The translations under genes and the position numbers were made by a program. DNA of 64,000 bases, taken from NCBI GenBank assembly GCA_963811115.1, contig CAWEQB010000012.1:1017762-1081761 (forward strand). Reading direction: 5' to 3'. The notes beneath the pieces were generated by a model that did no database searches, was not told the origin of the DNA, and saw nothing but the letters and a program-made list of their open reading frames with translations. Numbering within the stretch: the first letter of the stretch is position 1; each line of letters opens with the position of its first letter. This document shows, one piece after another, positions 21,871 to 31,797 of the stretch. This DNA comes from an uncultured Gammaproteobacteria bacterium. Lineage in GTDB: Bacteria > Pseudomonadota > Gammaproteobacteria > Steroidobacterales > Steroidobacteraceae.

Positions 21871-23154
21871 TTGAGCAAGATCATCGAGCCCTTGCGCGGC
21901 GTGCACGATGTGTTGCCCGCGCAAATCGCTGCCTGGCAATATCTGGAGCGCATCACGCGCGAAGTATTCGCGGCCTATGGGTACGAGGAATTCCGCGTTC
22001 CCGTGATCGAGCAGACGCAATTGTTCAAACGCTCGATCGGCGACTTCACCGACATCGTCGAGAAGGAGATGTTCAGCTTCGTCGATCAGGGCGAGGATCA
22101 CATCACTCTGCGCCCCGAAGCGACCGCGGGCATCGTCCGCGCCGTCATTTCCAACGGCATGCTGCGCGAGGGACGCTTGCGTGTCTGGTGCATGGGGCCG
22201 ATGTTCCGGCGCGAGCGGCCGCAGGCGGGACGCTACCGTCAATTTCATCAAATCGATGCGGAAGCATTCGGCTTCGAGGGGCCGGATGTCGACGCCGAAA
22301 TCATATTGCTGTCCGCGAGGCTGTTGCGGCGTCTCGGACTGAGCCGGACCAAGCTCCTGATCAATTCTCTGGGGACCCCTGCCTCGCGCGCGGCCTATCG
22401 CGAGCGGCTGATCGCCTATTTCAGCGGGCACGAGGCCGCCCTCGACGAGGACAGTAAACGGCGGCTGCGCGGCAATCCCTTGCGGATACTCGACAGCAAG
22501 AATCCCGACATGCAGCGCATCATCCGCGGCGCGCCGCACTTGCTCGAGTCCCTGGATGCGGAGTCGCGCACGCATTTTGAGTCGCTGTGCGGCCACCTGC
22601 GCAGCGCCGGCATCGAGTATCATGTCGAGCCGCACTTGGTGCGGGGGCTGGACTACTACACCCGTACTGTTTTCGAGTGGACGACGGACGCCCTGGGCTC
22701 GCAAAGCACGGTCTGTGCCGGCGGCCGCTACGACGGCCTGGTGGCGCAATTGGGCGGCACCGCCACCCCTGGAATCGGTTGGGCCATGGGCCAGGAACGA
22801 ATCGTCATGCTCCTCGAGAAGCAGGGTTTGGGCCTCGAGCGCGTGCGGCCGCACATATATTTGATCGTGGCGGGGGAACGCAGCGAGATCGCCGCGTTCA
22901 AATTGGCGGAGCAATTGCGCGACGATTGGCCGGGTCTCGCATTGCAAATCAATCTCGGCGGCGGCAGTTTCAAGACGCAATTCAAGCGTGCGGACAAGAG
23001 CGGGGCACAGTTTGCGCTGGTTCTAGGGGATGACGAAGTGGCGCGCGGCGCAGTCGCGGTGAAGGCCTTGCGCCAGGAACTGGCGCAGGAGGAATGCCCC
23101 CTGGCGCAAATCAGTGAACGCTTGGGGGTTTTGTTGGGTCTCAAGGGCGGGTAG
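21871..23154 (+). CDS. hisS: Histidine--tRNA ligase
   Basis: TTG 21871 preceded by GGAG, inside track ORF 21772-23154. GVHDVLP...FRVPVIEQTQLF...MFRRERPQAGRYRQFHQ...GGRYDGL. Confidence 0.9.
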   Translation: MSKIIEPLRGVHDVLPAQIAAWQYLERITREVFAAYGYEEFRVPVIEQTQLFKRSIGDFTDIVEKEMFSFVDQGEDHITLRPEATAGIVRAVISNGMLREGRLRVWCMGPMFRRERPQAGRYRQFHQIDAEAFGFEGPDVDAEIILLSARLLRRLGLSRTKLLINSLGTPASRAAYRERLIAYFSGHEAALDEDSKRRLRGNPLRILDSKNPDMQRIIRGAPHLLESLDAESRTHFESLCGHLRSAGIEYHVEPHLVRGLDYYTRTVFEWTTDALGSQSTVCAGGRYDGLVAQLGGTATPGIGWAMGQERIVMLLEKQGLGLERVRPHIYLIVAGERSEIAAFKLAEQLRDDWPGLALQINLGGGSFKTQFKRADKSGAQFALVLGDDEVARGAVAVKALRQELAQEECPLAQISERLGVLLGLKGG

Positions 23155-23164
23155 CGGAGAAGTC

Positions 23165-23851
23165 ATGGCAGAAGAATATTTGACCGACGACGAGCAATTG
23201 GAAGCCGTCAAGCATTGGTTTACGGAGTATGCCCCGTGGCTGACCGGCGGGGTTCTGATCGGCGCGGCCGTGTTCTTCGGGATGCAGTATTTCCACAAAT
23301 ACACCAACGAGCGTGGCTTGAAGGCCGCGGCGGAGTTCAGCGCCATGACCGCCGCGCTGCAGACCAACGACCACGCAAAGTCGCGCAGCATCGCCGAGGG
23401 GATCATCAAGGGGCATGCGAACACACCGTATGCCGACCAGGCGCAACTGACCCTGGCGCGGCTCGACGTCGACGAGAATCAATTGGACAAGGCCATTGCG
23501 CCGCTGACGCAGGTCATGAACGATTCCAAGGATACGGAATTGCGGCAGATTGCCCGCCTGCGGCTCGCGCGGGTGCTGACCGATCAGGGCAAGTCGGAAG
23601 AGGCGATCAAATTGCTGGCCGATCCGATACCCGCGGCATTCGCCGCGTCCTACCACGAGGTGCGCGGCGACGCGTACCTCGCAAAGAAGGACCTTGCGCA
23701 CGCCGTGACCGAGTACCAGCAAGCATTGGCGGCCGCGGATGTGGGCGGCATCAATGCCTCATTGCTGGAATTGAAGCTGCAGGACTTGGGTGCAGTGCCG
23801 GCACCGATGACTTCCGTTTCCGTAGACACATTGAAAAAGGCCAAACCCTGA
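23165..23851 (+). CDS. yfgM: YfgM-like membrane-anchored TPR protein
   Basis: ATG 23165. N-terminal TM helix and TPR-like body. Conserved position between hisS and bamB. Confidence 0.7.
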   Translation: MAEEYLTDDEQLEAVKHWFTEYAPWLTGGVLIGAAVFFGMQYFHKYTNERGLKAAAEFSAMTAALQTNDHAKSRSIAEGIIKGHANTPYADQAQLTLARLDVDENQLDKAIAPLTQVMNDSKDTELRQIARLRLARVLTDQGKSEEAIKLLADPIPAAFAASYHEVRGDAYLAKKDLAHAVTEYQQALAAADVGGINASLLELKLQDLGAVPAPMTSVSVDTLKKAKP

Positions 23852-25194
23852 TGCGTTCATTGCTTCCCTTGGGGCTCGCGGCGCTGTTGATTGCGGCCGG
23901 CTGCAGCAAAGACAAAGACGTCGAGCCGCCGGCAAAGCTGGTCAAGTTTCCGGAAACGCTGCCGGTGAAGAAGATATGGGGCGAGGGCGTCGGCGGCGGC
24001 ACGAAGCAAGTGAAACTGCGCCTGGGGTTGGGTCCGGCGGCCGACAACGGCATCGTATTTGCCGCTTCTCACCAGGGTGTGGTGATGGCCACGGCGCTCG
24101 AGACCGGCCGCCATCTGTGGGTCAAGAAATTGAAGGTGCCGATCTCGGCGGGGCCGGGCGCGGGATTTGGGATGCTGGTGGTGGGCACCAGCAAGGGTGC
24201 CATCATCGCGCTCGACGGCGCCAGCGGGCGCGAGCTGTGGCGATCGCGGGTGAATTCCGAACTGCTGTCGACGCCGGCAATCGGCGAGAAAGTCGTGGTC
24301 ATGCGCTCGGTCGATGGCCGCCTGCATGGCTTGGACGCGCACACCGGCAAGGAAATGTGGTCGGTCGAGCAGCAGGTACCACGCCTGAGCCTGCGCGGCA
24401 CGGCAACCCCGATCATTTCGAAAGAGGCGGCGATCAGCGGCTTTGACAACGGCAAGATCATGGCGGTGTCGCTCAACAGCGGCGACACGGTCTGGGATAC
24501 CGCACTCGCCTCGCCCCATGGCCGCACCGAACTCGACCGGTTGGTGGACATCGATTCGGCGGTACACGTGGTCGGCGACAACGTGTTTGCCACCGGTTTC
24601 CAAGGACGCACGGCAATGCTGGCCGCCGACTCCGGCCAGGTCTGGTGGTCGCACGACATGTCGAGCTATCGGGGCCTTGCGGTCGATGCCGACAATTTGT
24701 ACATCACCCAGTCCGACGGCATTGTGGTCGCGCTTCGACAGCGCGACGGTTCGGAAATGTGGCGCAACCAGAAATTGAAACTGCGCAACTTGAGCCCCCC
24801 TGTGCTGACCAGCACGGCCGTGGTGGTCGCCGATTATCAGGGCTATGTGCACTGGCTGGACAAGACCACCGGCGAACTGGTCGCGCGCGAGCACATCGCC
24901 AAGGAACGGGTCACAAATACGCCCGTGGCAATCGACGACACCGTGGTCGTGATGACCGACGGCGGCAAGATGGCCGCATACCGCGCCAACCCGGCGGCGG
25001 CGCACGCGGCGCCTGCATCCAAGACTGCCCCCAAGCCGGCGGCCGCACCGGCCCCGACCGCGGCGCCGATTGTGCCGGCACCGGCTCCGACCCCTGAACC
25101 GGCCCCTGCGCACACCCCGGAACCGGCCCCTGCGCCGGAAGCACCGGCGACGCCTGCGGAGCCACCGGCTTCGACGCCCGCGCCCGCACCGTAG
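23851..25194 (+). CDS. bamB: Outer-membrane protein assembly factor BamB with a Pro/Ala-rich C-terminal extension
   Basis: ATG 23851 overlaps the yfgM stop (TGATG). Lipobox LLIAAGC and PQQ-like beta-propeller repeats. The roughly 70-aa tail reads [18 protein letters not shown]...PAP. Confidence 0.85.
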   Translation: MRSLLPLGLAALLIAAGCSKDKDVEPPAKLVKFPETLPVKKIWGEGVGGGTKQVKLRLGLGPAADNGIVFAASHQGVVMATALETGRHLWVKKLKVPISAGPGAGFGMLVVGTSKGAIIALDGASGRELWRSRVNSELLSTPAIGEKVVVMRSVDGRLHGLDAHTGKEMWSVEQQVPRLSLRGTATPIISKEAAISGFDNGKIMAVSLNSGDTVWDTALASPHGRTELDRLVDIDSAVHVVGDNVFATGFQGRTAMLAADSGQVWWSHDMSSYRGLAVDADNLYITQSDGIVVALRQRDGSEMWRNQKLKLRNLSPPVLTSTAVVVADYQGYVHWLDKTTGELVAREHIAKERVTNTPVAIDDTVVVMTDGGKMAAYRANPAAAHAAPASKTAPKPAAAPAPTAAPIVPAPAPTPEPAPAHTPEPAPAPEAPATPAEPPASTPAPAP

Positions 25195-25199
25195 GCAAT

Positions 25200-26582
25200 G
25201 TGCTGCCGGTAGTCGCATTGATCGGTCGGCCGAATGTAGGCAAGTCGACGCTGTTCAATGCCATGACCGGCACGCGCGACGCCTTGGTCGCCGACCTGCC
25301 GGGGCTCACGCGCGATCGGCAGTATGGTTTCGCGAGGCGCACCGAGGTCCCCTGTATCGTGGTGGACACCGGTGGCCTGGTCGAGAACGCCGACGTCATC
25401 GAGAGCTTGATGATCGCGCAGACCGAGCGTGCGATCAGCGAGGCGGACCGGCTCATCGTGCTGGTGGATGGCCGCGCAGGCGTTACACCGCAGGATCAAT
25501 TCGTGGCACAGCTGGCGCGCCGCAGCGGCAAGCCGGTGTTCCTGGCGGTCAACAAGACTGAAGGCTTCGACCACGACATGGCGGTGGCCGATTTTCACCA
25601 GTTGGGATTGGGCGAACCGCTGCCGATTGCCGCGGCACACGATCAAGGAGTGATTTCGCTGCTCGAGACCGTCCTCGAGGGTTTGACGCCGGATCCGCAG
25701 GACGGACCGGAAGTCACCGGCATCAAGGTGGCGGTCATCGGACGTCCCAATGTCGGCAAAAGCACTTTGATCAATCGCCTGCTCGGCGAGGACCGCATGG
25801 TGGCATTCGATCAACCCGGCACCACCCGCGACGCTGTGCTGGTGCCGTTCGAGCGCGACGGCGAGCGCTACACGTTGATCGACACCGCCGGATTGCGGCG
25901 CCGCTCGCGCGTCGAAGAAGCGGTCGAGAAGTTCAGCGTCATCAAGACCCTGCAGGCGATCGAGACGGCAAACGTGGCCGTCGTGGTCATGGATGCCCAC
26001 GACACCGTCGCCGAGCAAGACGCGAGCTTGTTGGGCACGGTCATCGAGCAGGGCAGAGCCGTGGTGCTCGCCGTCAATAAATGGGACAACATTCCCACGG
26101 AACAGCGCGACCTGATCCGCCAGCAAGTTCAACAACGCCTGCAATTCGCCGATTTCGCCCCGCTGCATTTCATCTCCGCGCGCCACGGCAGCGGCGTCGG
26201 CGAGTTGTTCGCGGCCGTGCGCCAGGTGTACGCGGCCGCCACCCGCGACATGAGCACCCCGGAATTGACCCGCGTGCTCGAAGCGGCCATTGAAAGCCAT
26301 CAGCCGCCGCTGGTCAGCGGCCGCCGCATCAAGCTGCGCTACGCTCACCAGGGCGGCCGCAACCCGCCCGTGATTGTCATTCACGGCAATCAAACCGATC
26401 GTGTGCCGGACGCCTACCGCCGCTACCTGGTGAATGTCTACCGCAAGGCGTTCGATTTGATGGGCACGCCGGTGCGCGTCGCTTTCCGCGGCGATGAAAA
26501 CCCCTATGCCGGGAAGCGCAACCCGTTGACACCCCGGCAAGTGCGCAAACGCAAGCGGCTGATCCAACGCAACAAGCGTTAG
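25200..26582 (+). CDS. der: Ribosome-associated GTPase Der (EngA)
   Basis: 460 aa with two GTPase domains ([12 protein letters not shown] and [12 protein letters not shown]) and a KH-like C-terminus. Confidence 0.93.
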   Translation: MLPVVALIGRPNVGKSTLFNAMTGTRDALVADLPGLTRDRQYGFARRTEVPCIVVDTGGLVENADVIESLMIAQTERAISEADRLIVLVDGRAGVTPQDQFVAQLARRSGKPVFLAVNKTEGFDHDMAVADFHQLGLGEPLPIAAAHDQGVISLLETVLEGLTPDPQDGPEVTGIKVAVIGRPNVGKSTLINRLLGEDRMVAFDQPGTTRDAVLVPFERDGERYTLIDTAGLRRRSRVEEAVEKFSVIKTLQAIETANVAVVVMDAHDTVAEQDASLLGTVIEQGRAVVLAVNKWDNIPTEQRDLIRQQVQQRLQFADFAPLHFISARHGSGVGELFAAVRQVYAAATRDMSTPELTRVLEAAIESHQPPLVSGRRIKLRYAHQGGRNPPVIVIHGNQTDRVPDAYRRYLVNVYRKAFDLMGTPVRVAFRGDENPYAGKRNPLTPRQVRKRKRLIQRNKR

Positions 26583-26622
26583 GCTTGCTAGACTAACCGC
26601 CAGGGGTCGGCGGGGCGGCGTT

Positions 26623-29600
26623 TTGGCGGGAAGTCATTTGCTGCAAGTCATCAAAACCAAAACATTCCGAATTGCAGCGGTCATTGTGTTGCTGCTCGGC
26701 CTGTACGCGTTGGCGGGCTTCGTGTTGGTGCCGAGGTTGCTGCGCGCCGAGTTGATGAAGGAAATACCGGCCACCCTGGGGGTCACTCCGGCCGTCGGCG
26801 AAATCCACTTCAATCCGTTTACGTTCCAGCTCGAGGTCAAGGACTTTTCGCTGAGTGTGCCCGGCGGGGACAAGTTGCTCGGGTTCCAACGGTTGTTCGT
26901 CGACTTCGAGCTGTCGTCGATTTGGCACCGCGAATACACCTTCGCGGCGATCGACCTTGCGGCGCCGTCGGTCAACGCCATCATGGCGCACGATGGCTCG
27001 CTCAATCTATTGCAGCTGAAACCGAAGGTTCCCCCGCCGCCTCCCAAACCCGGGGAAAAGAATCAGCCGTTGCCCGCGATCCGGATCGGCTCGCTCAAAG
27101 TCAGCGACGGGCTTGTGTCCTATGAAGACCGCAACCGTCCCGATTTCGCGGCGCGGCTGCAGCCCATCAATTTCGAGCTGCGGGACTTCACCACGGGAGT
27201 CGACGGCGGACGATTTACTTTCACCGGCGTATCCAAGCTCGGCGAACGAATCGAGTGGCACGGCCACCTGTCGGCGCAGCCGGTCGAATCGGACGGCGAG
27301 TTTCAATTGGGCGGGCTGCAGGCGCGCACGGTGTGGGACTACATCGAGGATCAGGTCGGCTTTGAGATCAATTCCGGCTCCATCGATGTTGCCGCGACCT
27401 ATAAGTTTGCCCTCAAGGATGCGGTGGACTTGAAGCTGGACGTGTCCAAAGTCGCCGTCTCCGATCTGGGCGTGAGGCCCAAGAAATCCGACAGCGATTG
27501 GATCACCGTCCCCCAACTTCTGGTCAGCGGCACCTCATTGGATCTCGCGAAACGGCAGGCTCGTATCGAGTCGTTGTCCCTCAGCGGCCTCAAGGTGATT
27601 GCGTGGCTGGAACCCGACGGCTCGGTCAATCTGCTGAAGCTCGCTGCCGCGCCTCCCGCCGCGGCGTCCCCGCCCCCGGCGCCGACACCCACCGCAGCCC
27701 CTGCGCCAGCCGCGGCCCCTGCAGGCCCCGCGAAGCCGGCGGCCGCATCGGGCGCGCCCTGGCAGTTCGACCTGGTCAAATTCGATTTGCAGGATGCGCA
27801 CATATCCGCCGAGGACCGGAGCACGACGCCGGCCGCGAAGGTGTTGCTGGCGCCGCTGTCCCTGCAGGTCGAGGGAGTGAGCTTGGATCTGGCGCGGCCG
27901 GTGAGCGTATCGCTCGACACCAAGATCAACGACAAGGGATCGCTGAAACTCAACGGCGATGTCACGCCCCAGCCGCTGTCGTTCAATCTGAGCGTAAAGC
28001 CGAGCAACATCGACCTCACGGCCATCCAACCGTATATCTCGAAGACCACCTCCATGACTCTGCTGAGCGGGCGGCTGAATGCTGATGTGAAAGTGCAATT
28101 CGGCTCGAAGAAACCCGCCCTGCAACTCACCGGCGACGTCAACGTCGCCGATCTGCACACGGTGGACAATGCGCTGCGCAACGATTTCATCAATTGGGAG
28201 CGCATGGAAGTCCTGGGTTTGAACTTCCAGCACGATCCGGACCGGCTGGACATTGCGCAAATCGTCGCGCGCAAGCCGTACGCGCGCGTCATCATCGCGC
28301 CGGACGCGACTTTGAACGTGAAGCGAGTACTCGCCGGACCGAACGCGCCGCCCTCCGCCGCCCCGTCGCCGGCCAAGAGTGCCACGGCACCGGGGATCGC
28401 GGCGGCCTCGCCGACTAAGGCACCGCCGGCTGCGGCGCCCGCCGCGCCGACTGCCAAGGCCTCCGCCAAACCGGCGAAATCGCGGACGGCGGCTGCGCGC
28501 CGCAAATCCCAGCCCGGCGCGGCTTCACCTACGGAGTCCAAGGCGGTCCCTTTCCCGATGGCCATCAAGAAAGTCGTGGTGCATGGAGGCCAGGCCAACT
28601 TCACGGACATGTCGATTCAGCCGACTTTCAGCGCCGGCATTCAAGCCCTGGAGGGAACCGTCGTCGGGCTGTCATCCATGGAAGATTCGCGCGCGAAAGT
28701 GGACCTTCACGGCGAGGCGGGCGCCTTTTCGCCGGTGTCCATCGTCGGCGAGGTGAATCTGTTCAGTGCGGTTGTCTACACGGACATGGCTCTGGATTTC
28801 CGCAACATGGAACTCACGCTGTTCAATCCTTATTCGGGCAAGTTCGCGGGCTACAACATCACCAAGGGCAAGCTCACCACGGAGCTGCACTACAAAATCG
28901 ACGGCGGCAAGCTCGATGCACAGCATCACATCATCGTCGATCAACTGGAATTCGGCGACAAGACGGCGAGCAAGGACGCGGTGAGCCTGCCGGTCAAACT
29001 CGCCGTTGCGCTGCTCAAAGACCGCAACGGAGTGATCGATCTGAATGTTCCGGTCAACGGCACGCTCGATGATCCGCAATTCAAGGTGTGGCCCATCATC
29101 TGGAAGGTCTTCGTCAACATTCTGGAAAAGGCGGTCACGGCACCCTTCGCCTTGCTGGGATCATTGTTCGGCGGCGGTCCGGATTTGCAATTCATCGACT
29201 TTCAGCCGGGCGTGAGCGACTTGGACGCCGGCGGCGCCGACAAGGTCAAGACGGTGGTGAAAGCATTGGCAGCGCGGCCGCAACTCAAGATCGACGTACC
29301 GATCGCGTGGGTGGGCGATCTCGATCGTCCCGCGCTCGTCGAGGCGCAGTTCTTGTCGCAGGTCCGCGAGGCGCAGACCGCCAAGGGCGGCAAGAAGGCC
29401 GCGACCCAGGCGCCGCCGGCGCTGGACGACATGGAACCGTCGTCGAGGCTCGAACTGCTGACTCAGCTGTATGAGAAGAACCTCGGGAGCGGACCCAAGT
29501 ATCCGGATTCGGTGACCAGCATCAAAGCCAAGCCGGATGCGATCGCCGCCAAGAGTGACTTGCTGAGCAAGGAATTGCATGCGCACATCACCGTCGGCGA

Positions 29601-29757
29601 TGCGGATCTCAAGACTCTGGGACAGCAGCGGGCCGTCGTGGTGCAGCAGGCGTTGCTGGCGGACACGCAGATCGATCCTGCACGGGTGTTCCTGGTCTCC
29701 AATGACAAGGCGAAAGGCCAGGACGGCAAAGTGCGCGTGGAGCTGACTCTGAAGTAA
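26623..29757 (+). CDS. Large DUF748-type (AsmA-like) envelope protein with an N-terminal TM anchor
   Basis: 1044-aa uninterrupted ORF (TTG start is uncertain). TM anchor FRIAAVIVLLLGLYALAGFVLV, then beta-rich repeats interrupted by two Ala/Pro-rich linkers. The N-terminal region resembles DUF748 proteins as I recall them. Confidence 0.6.
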   Translation: MAGSHLLQVIKTKTFRIAAVIVLLLGLYALAGFVLVPRLLRAELMKEIPATLGVTPAVGEIHFNPFTFQLEVKDFSLSVPGGDKLLGFQRLFVDFELSSIWHREYTFAAIDLAAPSVNAIMAHDGSLNLLQLKPKVPPPPPKPGEKNQPLPAIRIGSLKVSDGLVSYEDRNRPDFAARLQPINFELRDFTTGVDGGRFTFTGVSKLGERIEWHGHLSAQPVESDGEFQLGGLQARTVWDYIEDQVGFEINSGSIDVAATYKFALKDAVDLKLDVSKVAVSDLGVRPKKSDSDWITVPQLLVSGTSLDLAKRQARIESLSLSGLKVIAWLEPDGSVNLLKLAAAPPAAASPPPAPTPTAAPAPAAAPAGPAKPAAASGAPWQFDLVKFDLQDAHISAEDRSTTPAAKVLLAPLSLQVEGVSLDLARPVSVSLDTKINDKGSLKLNGDVTPQPLSFNLSVKPSNIDLTAIQPYISKTTSMTLLSGRLNADVKVQFGSKKPALQLTGDVNVADLHTVDNALRNDFINWERMEVLGLNFQHDPDRLDIAQIVARKPYARVIIAPDATLNVKRVLAGPNAPPSAAPSPAKSATAPGIAAASPTKAPPAAAPAAPTAKASAKPAKSRTAAARRKSQPGAASPTESKAVPFPMAIKKVVVHGGQANFTDMSIQPTFSAGIQALEGTVVGLSSMEDSRAKVDLHGEAGAFSPVSIVGEVNLFSAVVYTDMALDFRNMELTLFNPYSGKFAGYNITKGKLTTELHYKIDGGKLDAQHHIIVDQLEFGDKTASKDAVSLPVKLAVALLKDRNGVIDLNVPVNGTLDDPQFKVWPIIWKVFVNILEKAVTAPFALLGSLFGGGPDLQFIDFQPGVSDLDAGGADKVKTVVKALAARPQLKIDVPIAWVGDLDRPALVEAQFLSQVREAQTAKGGKKAATQAPPALDDMEPSSRLELLTQLYEKNLGSGPKYPDSVTSIKAKPDAIAAKSDLLSKELHAHITVGDADLKTLGQQRAVVVQQALLADTQIDPARVFLVSNDKAKGQDGKVRVELTLK

Positions 29758-29914
29758 ATACGAGTCTTGATTGCAAGTACCGTCCGCTTTTGGCGACAGC
29801 GGCGCGGGCACCGCGCGCCGGCTCAAGATAATCGTGATCGAAGTCTCACTTTAAATTCGATTATGCCAGGTAGTCTCGCGGGGCCTGCAAAACGTCCGCA
29901 AACGGAGATACTGA

Positions 29915-30326
29915 ATGAGCAATCCATACGACAGCGCCAAAGATCGCGCTTCGATCCTGGGACCGACGTTGTATTTCAAGGGTGACTTGTCCGCGGAAGA
30001 AGATTTGTTGATCCAGGGCCGGGTCGAGGGTTCCATTTCGCATACTCAGCGCTTGACGGTTGGTGCGCAGGGCACCGTCAAGGCGAATATTCGTGCGCAG
30101 CTCATCATTATCGAAGGCACAGTCGACGGCGACTTGCAGGCTGAAAAATCCGTGTTCGTCAAGGAAACCGCAAAGGTGTGCGGCAATATCTACTCGCCCA
30201 CGGTCAGCATCATGGAGGGCGCGAATTTCAGCGGAAGCATCGACATGGACGGCAAAAAAGCCGCCCAGCAGGCCGGCAAGCATGATCCCGCCCGGGCGGG
30301 TCAAAGCCTCCGGTGGCGCCGCCTGA
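29915..30326 (+). CDS. Bactofilin A; the proposed model needs one nucleotide removed in the A6 run at 30254-30259
   Basis: GGAGA lies upstream of ATG 29915. Bactofilin core ILGPTLYFKGDLSAEEDLLIQGRVEGSI...IIIEGTVDGDL...IMEGANFSGSI. After the A-run the +1 frame ends ...KKPPSRPASMIPPGRVKASGGAA-TGA, 2 nt before the next ATG. The uncorrected frame would instead run on to 30832. Confidence 0.6.
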
Positions 30327-30328
30327 CA

Positions 30329-30947
30329 ATGTCTTGGTTCAAAAAACCTCTCGATGGAGATCCTCCCATGATGAATACCAGTTCAGGCGGCCGTGCCGCC
30401 GCGCCCGAACCCTCGGCGACCCGTCCGGAACCGCGCGAGCCGCGAGTCGAGCCACGGATGGAACCGCGCTCGCCGCCCCCGCGGGCTGCTGAACCTCGCG
30501 CACCCGAAGCTCGCGCGCCGGAGACGGCGCCGAAGCGCGTCCGTATTGGGGCCGACGCTGCGGTTTCGCGGCGAATTGTCGGCTCAGGAAGATCTGATCA
30601 TCCAGGGCAGCGTGGAAGGCTCGATCACGCATACGCAGAGCCTCACGGTGGGAACCGACGGCTCCATGAAGGGCGATATTCGCGCCCGCGTCATCATCAT
30701 CGACGGCAAGGTCGAGGGCGATTTGTACGCCACCGAGTCGGTGAACATCCGCGCCACGGCGAAAGTCAAGGGCAATGTATTTGCGCCGCGCGTGGGGATT
30801 ACCGAGGGCGCCTTCTTCCAAGGTCAGATTGAAATGCAGCCCTCGGGCGCCGCGGTTCAGGAGCATAGCGCGCGTCTGCGTCAGGCCGCTCTGACGCCGC
30901 CATGGAACCCGCTGCGGTCGACCACATGCTGGGAGGCACCGAGCTAG
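30329..30947 (+). CDS. Bactofilin B with a Pro/Glu/Arg-rich N-terminal extension; the frame is broken by one extra nucleotide near 30535-30541
   Basis: ATG 30329 (MSWFKKPLDG...EPREPRVEPRMEPRSPPPRAAEPRAPEARAPETAPK) is in one frame. The bactofilin core (ASVLGPTLRFRGELSAQEDLIIQGSVEGSI...IIIDGKVEGDL...ITEGAFFQGQI) is in the +1 frame, which ends at 30947. Confidence 0.65.
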
Positions 30948-31797
30948 GAGCCGGCTGGCAGCAGGCCCGGGAGGAACAATTCGGGATCGACCCAGGCGCG
31001 ATTGAGATTCAGTCCCCAGTGCAGATGGGGACCGGTGGCGCGCCCGGTCATGCCGACGGCGCCGATACGAGTGCCTGCCGCGAGGCGTTGGCCGGGCTTG
31101 ACGTCGATCGCGCTCAAGTGGCAGTACATGCTGATCAGACCGCGGCCATGGTCGACGAAGACGGTATTGCCGTTGAAAAAGAATTCGCCCGTATCGACCA
31201 CGGTGCCCGCAATGGGGACGTGGACCGCGGTGCCGACGGGTGCCGCAATGTCCATGCCACTGTGCGGATTTCGCGATTCGCCGTTGAATATGCGGCGCGA
31301 CCCGAATGAGCTGCTGCGCGGACCGGGGACCGGCTGAGGCAGGCGCAGGGATTCGGGCGGCTGATCCGACCAGTGGCTCAAAACATGGTCGATGCGCGCT
31401 TTTTCTTCGTTGACCCGGGCCAAATTCGCGGCCGACAGATTGACCTGACCCGGCGCCACCTTCAGGGTCTGGGTGACGTAGTGTTTGTCGATCACGGAGA
31501 AATCGATTTCCTGCCGGCCGCTGGTGCCGCGCACGATCACGTGCCGTGTCCCGAGCGGCGCCGACAGCGGGATGCCGATGACCGCGACCCAACCCGCAGC
31601 CTCCTGAACCACCAACGCGCGATGCCCGTCCGTGTCGACATAGGGCATGGCCGGACCCGCTCGAGTCGAGACGGATGATTTTCACGCCACCGGGCACCGC
31701 GTTCTCGAGCGGCAATTGCGGCTCTGAGGCGTCGGCCGGTAATTGGATGATGAGCCATGAGACCGAGCAGCGGGAGCGGGGCGACGCTGCGGGTCAT
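30944..31797 (-). CDS. M23-family metallopeptidase; the frame is broken twice near its 5' end (about 31748 and about 31655)
   Basis: C-terminal LytM domain HSGMDIAAPVGTAV...FVDHGRGLISMYCHLS...GRATGPHLHWG (track ORF 30944-31648). The upstream pieces PLENAVPGGVKIIRLDSSG and [15 protein letters not shown] lie in the two other frames. ATG 31797 overlaps the xseA stop (ATGA). The span is 854 nt, and 854-2 gives 284 codons. Confidence 0.75.

Noticed and set aside
29915-30832. A single 305-aa ORF that would make one long bactofilin protein.
   Set aside because: After the first bactofilin core this frame never enters the second core, which lies in the +1 frame. The TGA-ca-ATG junction at 30324-30331 in the corrected model supports two genes. 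A fused two-domain protein cannot be fully excluded without resequencing.
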